Positions 1-11,624 of a stretch of 64,000 bases of DNA are shown piece by piece. The notes beneath the pieces were generated by a model. It ran no database searches. It was not told the origin of the DNA and saw only the letters and a list, made by a program, of their open reading frames with translations. Position numbers and translations under genes: made by a program. The stretch lies in contig QPMI01000622.1 of NCBI GenBank assembly GCA_004431415.1, forward strand, positions 62,001 to 126,000. Reading direction: 5' to 3'. Position 1 is the stretch's first letter, and each line of letters begins with the position of its first letter. The DNA is from Cyanophora paradoxa CCMP329. Its lineage: Eukaryota; Plantae; Glaucophyta.

Positions 1-3000
1 GGGGGCGGCGGGGACCGCCCCGGGGCTCATCGTCGCCGACGACACCGAGTCGCGCCCCACCATCGTGCCCCCGCCCCCGCCCCGCCCCGGCCCCGCCCCG
101 CCCGACGCAGCGCGCCGCGGGCCCCGGGCAGATGCTGGAGCTGTACGTGGACGCCTTCCACGTCTCCCTCGCCGAGGACGCCGACCTCGGCGCCGAGAAG
201 AAGGAGGCCCGCCCCGCCCCGCCCCCGCCGCCCCGCCCCGCCCCGCCCGAGCCCCGCCCCGCCCCGCCGAGCCCGCCCCGCCCCGCCCGAGCCCCGCCCG
301 CCCCGCTTCGCCCGCAGATCTTCGTCTTCTTCGTGGACAACGTGCCGCGGGAGTGGAGCGACCCGGCGCTCTACCAGGCGCACGCCGCCGCCGCCGCCCT
401 CTCGGCGATGCACCCCGACGCGCAGCGGGCGGGCCCCGGGCTGCGGCGGGGGCGCCCCCGCGGGGACGCCGGGGAGCCTGCTGACGTCGGGGAGCGCGAC
501 GCCGCGGAGCGCCGTGTCGCCCTCGGGGGCCGCCTCGGTCGCCTCGGGCGGCAGCGCCGTCTTCCGCCCCGACGCCCGCGGCTTCATGATGGACGCCACG
601 CGCTCCCGCCGCGGCACCGGCGCCACCGCCGCCGGCGTCCGCGCCGGCGGCTCCCGCGAGCAGTTCGCCGTCACCTTCTACATGGCGCGTCCCCCCGGCC
701 CCGCCGCCCCGGCCCCCCGGCCCCCACCCCGCGCTCGCTCGCTGAGGGACGCGGGGGGCAGCACCACGAGAACATGGAGCTGGGGACGGGGATCGTGCTG
801 GGGGCGGACTGCCTGAACGCCAACCTCGGGGCCTGGGAGCCCGTCGTGGAGAAGTGGCCCCTCCAGCTCGCCGTCCGCGCCCCCGACCGCCCGCCACCGC
901 CCTCCCCGCCCGACGCGCCCGGCGTGCAGCTCAAGCAGTACCGTGCGGTGGACGGGAGGACGGGCCAGCCCGGGGCCATTGAGCTGGAGGTCGCGCTCAC
1001 GGCGGGGGCGCCCCGCGAGGTGAGCGTGGCCGGGGAGAAGCAGACCGTCGTCCAGCCCCTCGCCATCAACGTCAACGCCTCCATGATCTACACCCTCCTC
1101 GGGGCCGCCCACAAGGCCCGCCCGCGCCCCCTCCCCCTCCCCTCCCCCTCGCGCCGGCGAGCGGCGGGGCGCAGGTCGTCTCGGCGATCCCGAAGCAGGA
1201 GGAGGCGCCCGTCGTCGGCGGCAGCCGCGCGGGGCCCTCAGGCCACGCGCGCGGCCCGAGCGCCGCCGACGCCGTCGGGGCGGGGAGCAGCTACCGGCGG
1301 CGGAGGCCGGGGCAGGGCGCGAGCGGGAAGCAGGGGCTGCCGGACCCCGAGGCGGAGGCGGCGAACCACATGTTCAAGCCCTCGCCGGCGGCGGCCGCCC
1401 TCAAGCGCGGCCTCTCGATGACGGCCGTACAATACAACGAGGAGGCGGCCCTCTTCGCCTCGTCGGCCTCCGCGGGGCGCGGGGGGCGCCCCGCCGGCTG
1501 GTCCAACTACTTCTTCCACAACGGGACGGGCATGCGCATCGTGTGCACGGTCCGCGAGAAGCTCGTCGGGGGGCCCGTCTCGCTGGGCGGCGGCCCGCGC
1601 CAGGACGAGCTCGCCCCCGCCCGCTCCGTCTTCGCCGAGGGGGGCGGGGCGGGGACGGGCCGGCGGCTGCCGTCGGGGCCCTCGGCGCTGCCGCAGACGA
1701 CGGCGCGGATGATGGAGGGCGGGGAGGGCGCGGGGAAGCTCAAGACGATCATCCTGGAGCCGGACGGGCGGCGCGAGGTGCCGCACGCCGTCGAGGCCGT
1801 CGTGGGGCGGGACACGAAGATCTGCTTCTGCACGGTGTACCTGCCGACGCCGGACGGGCGGCGGAACCAGCCGATCGCGGAGCTGCCGATGGACCGGCTC
1901 GGGGTGTACGCCCTGCCGCGCTCGGCCGAGGGCCCCGGGGGCATGCTCGTGTGCGCCGTGCAGCCGCACCCGCTCGGCCTCGGCGCCCGCCTCGTCTCCG
2001 TCCGCTCCCTCGTCGTCCTCAAGGCCCGCCCGCCCCGCCCCGCCCCGCCCCGCCCCGCCTGCCCCGCCCCGCCCGCCCCGGCGGCCGCTGACGGCGGGCG
2101 GTGCAGAACTTCTGCGACCACGACCTGCAGGCGCTCGTGGCGCCGAGCGCGACCGAGCGGGAGACGCGCGGCGTCACCCTCGGCGTCATCCCCAAGCGGT
2201 CCGCCCCGCCCCCCGGCAGCCCCCGCGCCGGCCCGGGCCGAGGGGAGGGCGGGCAGGTCGGAGGACGGGCTGCCGGGGGAGCTGCCCGTGCCGAACGCGC
2301 TGGTCGAGGCGCAGGCGCTCTGGGTGCGCCCGCACGGCGAGTCGGGGGACGACATCCTCGGCACCTGCCGGCAGGCCAAGGGCGGCGCGTGCGTGTACGA
2401 CTACGCGGAGAAGCCGATGCCGATCATGGGCCTCCTCGGCGACTCGGCCTCCATGCTCTGCCCCGACTACTCCCGCCGCTTCTTCTACTCCGTCTGCGTC
2501 CAGCGCTCCGCCATCCCCTTCTACTACCTCCCGGGGCGCTACCCCCCGAACCTCAAGCGGGGCAACTACGAGCCGTTCGCGCTCAACTTCCGGCCGCCGC
2601 TGGTGGTGACGAACCTGATGCTCCTCGAGGCGGGGGAGCACCTCCAGTACCGCCTCATCTGGCGCGACTCCCGCACCGGCGCCGAGGAGCTCATGTTCGA
2701 CGGCCCGCCCCCGCCCCCGCCCCGGCCCTCCTCCCCCGCCCGCCCGCCCCGGCTGAGGCGCGGGGCGCAGGGGTGATCTCGCGCGGGGAGCGGTACGTGT
2801 ACGACGGGCCGGCGTCGCGGGTGCCGGACCTCTTCCTGGCTGTGCGGGTGCGGCGGGACGAGGACGCGAAGGCGGCGGGGGAGTGGTCGCCGCCCGTGCG
2901 CCTGGCGCCGCTGGAGAAGCACGCGGAGGAGATGTACGCCTTCTTCAAGGCGCCCTACGAGGGCCTCCCGGCGGGCCAGCGCCTGCAGGTCTTCATCGAC

Positions 3001-6000
3001 CGGAAGCACATGAAGCGGAACGAGGGCCTCTTCATCCGCGACACCCCCGCCGACGTCATCCTCTACACGGGCCTCCTCCTCTACAACCGCACCGAGTTCC
3101 CCATCGAGGTCCAGTTCAAGGGGCTCGCCGGGCAGGATATCAAGATCCCCGTGGGGGGCCGCATCGTGGGGCCCCTGTGCGGGGCGAACCTGAAGGACAG
3201 CCTGGAGGCGGACCTCCCCTTCGTCAAGCTCGGCCTCGACGAGCGCGTGCGCCGCCCCGCAGCCGCCCCCGCCCCGCCCCGCCCCGCCCCGCCCCGCCCC
3301 GCCGACGGGGCCCGCGCAGATGGGCCGCTTCGAGTTCTCGAAGAGCTTCAACCTCTCCACCATCCCCGACGAGGTCCCCGTCACCGAGACACCGTCCGCC
3401 CCCGCCCCGCCCCGCGCCCCGCCCCCTCCCCTCTTCCATCCGCCTGACGGGGTCGGGGGCGGGGCGCAGGGAGCGGATGCCGAACGTGGGGAAGTACAGC
3501 GCGGCGAGCGGGGCGCCCCCGCGGCGCTCCCGCACCTTCCTCCTCGCCGTCGACAAGAGCTACGCCCAGGGCCGCTTCCGCCGCACCTCGGCCCGCCCCG
3601 CCCCCTCTCTCCCCCCTTCCCTCCCCGCGGGCCCCCCGCTGACCCGCCGCCCGCCGGGGCGCGCAGGTGGTGAAGGTGTCGAACCGGGTGCAGATCATCA
3701 ACCGGAGCGAGAAGACGATCGAGATCCGGCAGGACTGCCGGACGCTGCGGGACTGGGGCGAGCCCGAGGTCGAGCTCTTCAGGGCGGCGCCCCAGGCCCG
3801 CACCCCCTTCTGGTGGTCCTCCGTCGACCTCGACCGCCGCATCCAGGCCCGCCCCGCCCCGCCCCGCCCCGCGGCGGCTCGAGCCTGGGCCGGGGCGGCA
3901 GATGCGGGAGGTGTTTTCGAACGGGGAGAAGGGCCTGTGGACGGGGACGATCGCGCAGGACCACATGGGGACGCAGGCCATCGCCCTGCGGCACGCCAAC
4001 GGCCGCCGCTCCTGCTTCATCCGCATCGCCGTCGAGATCATGAAGCGCGTCCCCGCCCCGCCCCGCCCCGCCCCGCCCCGCGCGGCTTTGGCTGAGGCGC
4101 CCGGCAGCGGGATCATGTTCATCTTCCTGGACGAAGAGCCGGCGCGGAGCGCGCACTACCGCATCAAAAACTACACGCGGCACCACGTGCGCTACGTGCA
4201 GACGGGCATGCTGCGGGGCGCCTACGCCGACGAGCGGCGCACGGAGAGCGTCGGGCCCGGCAAGGTCGCCAACTTCGCGTGGGACTGGCCCGACGCCCAG
4301 AAGGAGAACCGCAAGGTCCGCCGGGCGGCCCCGGGGCGGGGCGGCGGGGGGCGGGCGTGAGGCGGGGCGGGCAGATCCAGATCATGCTGTGCGACCGGGA
4401 GGGGCGGCCGCTGGACGAGGGCCTGCGGGCGGCGTACGACGTGGACAAGCTGGGGCAGCGGCACACCCTCTCGCAGGCCAAGCAGCTCTTCGTCGTCATC
4501 GAGCCCGACGGCGTCTCCCGCGCCCTCAAGATCATGGGCCCCGAGTACCTCGCCAAGCAGGCCGAGTTCCGCCGCGCCAACCCCGCCCTCGTCAACCGCC
4601 GCACCTCCCTCATGTCCACCCCCAACGCCCTCTTCTCCTCCGCGGGGAGCGCGGCGGCCGGCGGGGCGCCGCCGCAGGACGCGGCGCAGGCGGCGTACGC
4701 GCAGGCGCGGGTGGCGAAGCTGGCGGAGCAGGTGGACCTCGCGAGCGTGGTGAACGTGCGGCTGGCGGTGTTCGTGCCGCAGGTCGCCGTCTCCGTCATC
4801 GACGACCGCCCGAGGGAGCTCTTCCTCCTCACCGTCTCCGGCATCCGCCTCGACCTCGACCAGCGCGACCTCACCACCGCGCGCCCCGCCCGCCCCGCCC
4901 GCCCCACCGCCCCCTCGCCCCCCTCCGGCTCACCCCGGAGCGCAGCAAGTGAAGGCGACGGTGGCGGAGTTCCAGATGGACAACCAGGCGCGCCGGCGGC
5001 GCCCGCCCCGCCGCCCCCCCGCGGCTGAGCGCCCCGCAGACGGCGAACCGCGTGATCTTCCCCGTCATGATCAGCCGCTTCCGAGAGCGGAGCGTGCGGA
5101 TCCTGCGGGGGCCCGAGGAGCCGATGCTGCAGGCGGACATCCAGCAGCAGTCCAAGTTCCCAGGCGTCCTCTCCTTCCGCCACGTCAAGTTCGAGCTCGC
5201 CGTCCGCCCCACCCCGCCCCCCGCCCCGCCCCCGCCGGCCCCGCCCACACCAGGCCCCCGCCGGCGCGCAGCCGATCGAGATCAAGCTCGAGGAGGACGT
5301 GCGCGCGGCGCCCCGCCCCGCCCCGCGGGGCCCCGGGCCTGGGCCGACGCGGGGGGCGGGGCGCAGTTCGTGTTCCAGCTGGCGACGTTCGCGGTGAACA
5401 CGGTGAACAACCTGCTCGAGGACGCCGACGAGGGCCTCGGGCCCCTCGGCTTCCTCCTCAACCAGGGCGACCCCGTCGACGCGCGCCCCGCCCCCCCCGC
5501 CCCGCCCCGCCCCGACCCGCCTGGCCCCGCCCCCGCCCCGGCCTCACTTTGCGGGGCGCGCAGGTGAGCTCGTCGGACACGGCGCCGGACCGGGCGTCGG
5601 ACGCGATCCACCTGGAGGAGCTGCGCGTCGCGCAGGCCAAGCTCATGATCACGTACCTGGGCGGGGCGGCGGCGAAGAACCGGTGGAAGGACCTCCTCGG
5701 GCAGGCCGGCATCGCCTTCCCGGGGTTCGAGACGCTCTCGGCGACGGTGCTGAACCTGCAGCGCGCGCCCATCGCCACGGGCCGCATCGAGATGGACGAC
5801 GTCTTCGAGGGCAAGACCCTCCTCGTCCGCCCCGCCCCTCCCCGCCCGTTCCGACCTGGGCGGCTGCGTCCCGACGGGCGGGGCGGGCAGGTGCGGCAGA
5901 TCGTCAAGTCTTTCCTCTCCCAGATCGGCTCCGCCGTCCGCGGCGTCGTGCGCCCCGCCCCGCCCCGCCCCGCCCCGGCCGGGCCGGGCCCTGCGGGGCC

Positions 6001-7277
6001 TCACCCTCGCCCCTCGCCGCGCAGCTGGGCTCGCTGCAGATCCTCGGCAACGTCGGCATGGCCACCGAGAACATCTCCACGGGCTTCAAGGCCCGCCCCC
6101 GCCCGCACGCGCCCGCCATCCTCCCCGCCTGAGGCCGGCCCTCGCGCGCAGGACTTCTTCTACGAGCCGGGGCGGGCGATCGGGAGCGGGGACTTTGGGG
6201 AGACGCTGGGCGCCGGCACCAAGTCCCTCTTCGCGAACGTCGCGGGGGCGGCCTTCACCGTCCCCTCCAACATCTTCCTCTCCGTCGCCAAGGGCATCTC
6301 CTTCAACGCCGGCCAGCGCCGCTCCGCCTACGTCCGCAAGCGCCACATGCTCCTCAACGAACGCCCCAAGAGCGTCTTCCAGGCCCGCCCCGCCCCGCCC
6401 CGCCCCCCCGGCGCCGCCCCGCGTGAGCGCCGCGCAGGGGCTGAAGCGGGGCGGGATGCTCTTCACGCTGGAGATGAAGGAGGCGGCGCGGGACGTGGCG
6501 GAGGCGCCCGGGCGGAGCCGCAAGGGCGCCGCCGCCAAGGTGAGGGGCGTCGGCAAGGCCCTCCTCGGCCTCGTCGTCGCCCCCTTCACCGGCGCCGTCG
6601 GCGCCATGGGCAAGGCCGGCGAGGGGTCCGCCCCCCCCTCTCCCCCTCCCCGGCCCCCCGGAGCGGCTGAGGGGCGGGGGCGGGGGCGGGCAGGATCGCG
6701 ACGATGGGGTTCGGGAAGGACGCGCTGCGGAAGCGGCGGCCGCGGACGATGGGGCGCGCCCTCGAGCTGGTCCCCTTCAGCCGGGAGGAGGCGGAGCAGG
6801 GGGAGCTGCTCGAGCAGAGCGTCGGCTGGGAGGAGTACCGCCAGCCGAACGAGCTCGTCCTCGCCCTCGTCCCCTGCCTCCGCTCCCGCGACCCCGACGT
6901 CTCCAAGTGCCCGCCCCGCCCCCGCCTCCCCCCGCGCCCCCCCTGAGCGCGCGGCCGGCGCGCGCGCGCCTCGCAGGTACTCGGTGATGCTGACGAACCG
7001 GTGCCTGATCTACATGAAGAACGCGAAGCCGTCGAAGGGCTGGGTGGTCTACCTGGAGAAGATCGTGCGGTACGAGGCGGGGAGCCACCAGGGGGAGCGC
7101 GGCGTGCTCGTCTACGTGCGGGACGAGGCGGACCGGGCGGCCCCCTACTTTGTGCCCGCCCCCCTCCCCGACAACGCGACCGCCATCTGCGCCGCCTTGG
7201 GGCAGGCGATGGACTGGCCCAACTGGTACCCGTCCGGCTGGTTCACCGAGATCTTCGCCGACGACCTCCCCGACTAG
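1..7277 (+). CDS. VPS13: VPS13-family lipid transfer protein, 3' part (multi-exon; 5' end lies outside the window)
   Basis: Spliced exons give NLGAWEPVVEKW, the VAB/SHR-BD-like YRIKNYTRHHVRYVQTG...VGPGKVANFAWDWP, VAVSVIDDRPRELFLL, and the C-terminal GSLQILGN...QDFFYEPG...GTKSLF and GVGKALLGLVVAPFTG motifs. A PH-like tail ends at TAG 7275-7277. Confidence 0.9.
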
Positions 7278-7789
7278 ACCCGCCCCCTCCCCTTGTCTCC
7301 CCCTCGGCCTCACCCATGGCCAGCACCCCGAGACCTCGCCCTTACTTTCGAGCTCGCGGTTTTCCCGAGCTGCAGGCCGCGCGCGCGCGCCCTTCAGATC
7401 CGGTTCCGGATCCTCCCGGCTAGCGCTGCAAGCTGCGGCCCCGCGGGCCACGCTGGCGGTCGCGCACCGCCTATCTGTTTTCTGCTTTTCTTCCGATATA
7501 TATCGACGTCGACAATCGATATCGATCTCCAGACTGCACTGAATGAACACGCCTGTGAAACGCGTCTGTATTGTAGACGCAACACCCGTCACATATCTAG
7601 CTTAGGAATCTATCTCCTTCGAATTCCCGAGCTCAGGCGGCTAGCTATAGCGAAAGCACGTGCACGCCAACGCCGCCACCCTGGCGCGCCAGCGCTTCTA
7701 CCCCCCTACCCAACTGCGCCAGCCCTGCACCCGGCCCGGCGCGCCCAGTTGTGGGCACGCCATTCCTCAGTGTATGTTCTCAAGCCGGA

Positions 7790-8578
7790 GAAATAGCACA
7801 GCAAGCAAGGAGCCGCCAAGCCCCCGCCCGACCCAAACACCGCGCAAGTCCACCGAAGACACACCGCGAGCATCGGAGGCTAACGAGAGCTCGGAGGAAG
7901 AGGTACGTTGCGTTTCCGCACGTCAGCCGCGCTGCCCTCGAGCTCGCCCCGCGCCCGCTGCACCAGTTAGCGCTCGCGGGCTCATCCGGCGGCAGGCATC
8001 GAGCAGCCATCGACCGGGCATCCTCTCGAAGCTCTGGAAGCTAGCTAGACCCAAGAGCAACAAGAAGAAGGTGAGATCGGAGCGAAGCTCGCGCTGATCG
8101 GCCGCGGCTGATGCATGCGCAGGGCACGCAGCGGGCAGAGGGAGCGCACCCAGAGATGAGTACGCGCTTTGGGATCACTTTTGCACTATTCCGCGCTCCT
8201 GGCTTACTCGCCTGCGGCGTGTTAGATGCTGGCGCAGGGCCTTCCACGTCGGCGAGACAAATAGAGCAGCCGAAGAAGGTCCCAACCGTGTTTACATGGT
8301 GCTTTGCGGTCATCTTTGCATCCATGTGTTCTTGTTTTGACGCCGCAGTTCCTTTCCACAGGACCGAGTACGTGACATCTCGAAACGTGCTGCTCACGGG
8401 CTCTTTCGTCGGCTGGAACGAGTTTATTCCGATGATATGGGAGGACAACGAGTTCTACACCGTTTGTAATCTCCTCCCCGGGTCCGGCCCGCTTCTTTGC
8501 TCTCTCATGCCGCCGCCCTCAATAACCGCCCCCCCCGCCGGGCCCGCAGGCCATACATGTACAAGGTGCCCACTTGTT

Positions 8579-8630
<52 letters not shown>

Positions 8631-9373
8631 GTACCTCGGCTCATCGCGTCGCCGGCAGTTTGTGGTGGACAACCAATGGCGATACGCGAAGGACCAAGAG
8701 ATCAGAACCGACGAGCGCGGTGCGCCCCTTCCCCGCCCTCTCGTCCCTTCCGCGTCCCTCACGGTCCTCTTCCATCCAGGCATCATGAATAATTACATCG
8801 AGGTGCGGGGCGCCGGCCGCGCTCGGGCCTCGCGTGACCGCTCGGTCTGACGGCGAGCCGGCGGGCGCAGGTGAAGCCGCTGCCGCCTGACGACCCGACG
8901 CCCGTCTGGGAGCCGGAGAGCCTCGAGATCGGTCCGCGTGCCCCAGCGCGCCCGCCGGCCGGCCGCGCCTGCGCGGGGCGAGCGCGGGGCGGGGCGCAGA
9001 GACGGACGGGTGGACGCAGACGCCGCCGGCGCCGCCGCACAGCTCGTCGCCGACGGACGCGCGGATGGGCGGGGCGATCTTCAAGGGGCGGGGCGCGGAC
9101 TCGCCGCCGCCGCTGCCGGCCTACCTGCGGGACGAGATCGCGCCGATGAACTCGCTGCAGACGGGGTACCGGGCGGAGCCGCCGCCGCCGCCCCTCAACG
9201 TCCAGCTCGCCCGCTTCTTCCAGGGCCGCATGGCGCGCCTTCCGGGGGAGGACCCCAGCGTGGCGCCCCCGCACGTCCTCTCCCTCTCCCACCGCTACCG
9301 CTCCAAGTACTCCACCCAAGTCTTCGTCACCCCCGCCCGCCGCCCTGCGCCCCTCGGGCCGGCCGCCGTCTAG
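7790..9373 (+). CDS. AMPK/SNF1 kinase beta subunit (multi-exon; start approximate)
   Basis: CBM48-like KVPTVFTW..VLLTGSFVGWNEFIPM..YMYKFVVDNQWRYAKDQEIRTDERG.MNNYIEV and ASC domain PPPLPAYL..LSHRYRSKYSTQVFVTP; stop at 9371-9373. Confidence 0.88.
8583..8627. repeat. (CT)n microsatellite inside an intron
   Basis: Pure CT run seen directly. Confidence 0.95.
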
Positions 9374-9938
9374 CGCCCGCCTGGCGCCCTTTTTCCGCCA
9401 GTTTCATCAGGGGGTGGTCGGGTAGCGGGGGGGCGCAGCTTCTCTCGGGTTGGGTAGCACGGGTAGCGGGGGGCGCAGCTTCTGTCTTACGGGGTGGGCT
9501 TGGGCAGTTAGTGGGTAGGCTAGCGGCTTTCATATCGGACGGCTCAGTTCCGCGTGTACCCTCTCTTGTACTTCCGCATGTGCATGTGCCGGAGCGCTCG
9601 GCGCGGCAGCCAGCCGGCCTCCTAGACCTAGTAGATGCCTGCAGCTGATCTGTTCACGTTGAGTTGATCGTGATTCTTTTCGCTACTCGTAACCGTAACG
9701 TAGGATGCTTTTTCTCGAAATCTGCAGCCCAGACTGCGGCTCCTCGTGAATCAACATCACAATTTAAATAGAGCGTTAAAATTGTATTTCGACTGCTACT
9801 CGTAGCCCCTGGTTCAGCGGTCCCAGAGCTCGGCGGGTTCGTTTCTCAGGTATTTGAAGGCACTGAAAGACGTCGCCGCGCCTACAGGAACAGCGGGGCG
9901 GGCTCCTTATCTATCTTCGTTAAAGGTATTTATGCGCG

Positions 9939-11521
9939 TTACAGGGTGGTCTCCTCCTCGAACGAGTCGGCGGAGGCGCCGAAGGCGACTGCAAGGGCGT
10001 GAGCGACGTGGACGCGGCGGGGCGGGGGGCAGGCGAACCGAGGTCGTCGTCGGCCTCGAAGTGGGCAACGCCCTCGCACGACTCGAGCCCCATCGACGCG
10101 CCGAGATCCTCCACGTTCTCTGCGACCGCCCCGCCCCGCTCGCCACGAGCCCCGCGCGGCCGGCGGGGGGGAGGCTGGGCGGGCCGCACCAACGTACTCC
10201 TCCTCCGCGGACCAGTGCGTGTCAGCGGTCTTGAGCGCGCCCTGGGCAGCACGGTCAGTTCCCTGTGGCTCTCTGCTAGCGCAGCGCTGCAAACCTGGGC
10301 AGTGTTGTACGCGTTGGTCGCGGTCTGAGCGACGGCCTGGGTAGCGTTGTTGACAGTGTTCTGGAAAGCCGAGCCCTGGTACGCGCCCTGCGCACGCCGT
10401 CGCAGTCAGCTCCCCGCGACGCCCTGCTGGCGCAGCGCTGCAAACCTGAGCAGTGTTGTACGCGTTGGTCGCGGTCTGAGCGACGGCCTGGGTAGCGTTG
10501 TTGACAGTGTTCTGGAAAGACGAGCCCTGGTACGCGCCCTGCGCACGTCGTGGCAGTCAGCCCTCCGCAGCCGTGTGCTTGCACAGGACGCGAAAAGCGC
10601 GAACCTGGACGGTGTTGCTGGCGTTCTGGGCGACCTGGGAGATCGCGTTGCCGGCGTTCTGCAGCCCCGCCTGCGCCTGGTTGAGCATGCCGCGGTAGTC
10701 GGCGCCCTGCGCATCCCCTCGCGGTCAGCTCCCCGCAGCTGGGACGGTATTGCCGGCGGAAGTACATACCTGGACGGTGTTAACGGCGTTCTGGGCGGTC
10801 TGCTGGGTGAAGGCAGCAGCCTTCTGGCCGGCATCCTGCATGGTCTGCTTGAACTGGCTGCGGGAGCGTCGGCAAGCGAACGAAGGCGGTGAGGATGGGA
10901 CGGCGGCACCCGAACTTCTCGTCGAGGTCGGACTGCTCGTAGCGGTCCTTCACCGACTGGACGCCCTGGTTGAACTTCGCCTGGGTGTTGTCAGCGGCCG
11001 CCTGCATCTTCGCCTTGGCCTCTGCGCGAGCTGGTCGGAACGAGAGCACGTGTGGACCACGTCGAGCTCACCAGCGAACTTCTGGTCGAGGTTCGCCTCA
11101 TCGATACGGTCCGAGACAGTCTGCTTCACACCCTGCGAGCGTGTCGAACATTAGCGATCCCTTCATGTCTTTTTGCCACCGTGTCGGAGCGCTCATCGAG
11201 GCCGACGCACGGAGAAGGTGTTCTTCAGGCTCTCAAACGCATCCTTGAGCCACTGAACGATGTCGAGAGTCGCCTGGGGAAACCAAGGCGCGTTAGTCGG
11301 AACGGTCGAAACCATCCGCCGTCGGATAGCCTCGGACAGCCTAGCCTAGAAGTCGCCAAGTCGGATAACGGCAAAGGAAGTCCTAGGGTGACGGCCAGTT
11401 TCGGCGGCCGGCGGCCAATTTCGGCGGCGGATGGTCTAACGGCATCCGCCCCGCTGGACCGGAAAACGAGGAAGGAGACGCGCACGATGTCATCAAACTC
11501 GGGGTTGTACTCGGAGTCCAT
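9939..11521 (-). CDS. LEA-like / amphipathic helical repeat protein (multi-exon)
   Basis: Exons MDSEYNPEFDDI | ATLDIVQWLKDAFESLKNTFS | GVKQTVSDRIDEANLDQKF | AKAKMQAAADNTQAKFNQGVQSVKDRYEQSDLDEKF | ...GAYQGSSFQNTVNNATQAVAQTATNAYNTAQ (x2), joined by GT-AG introns with CTAAC/CTGAC branch sites. Composition is A/Q/N/T-rich. Confidence 0.6.
10279..10561. repeat. Tandem duplication (151-bp period) of one exon plus its splice flanks
   Basis: 10279-10410 and 10430-10561 are near-identical. Confidence 0.9.
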
Positions 11522-11624
11522 CTTGGGCGGGAGGGTGGCGAAAGGAAGGCGAAGAAGCGAACTTTAGCGGGGGGAATAACTGCTGAGGGGGCACAGCGAG
11601 TTCAGAAGGGGGGTTCAGCGTTCG

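Noticed and set aside
9419-9483. Short direct repeat GGGTAGCGGGGGGGCGCAGCTTCT x2
   Set aside because: Simple local duplication in a 3' UTR/intergenic region with no further structure.
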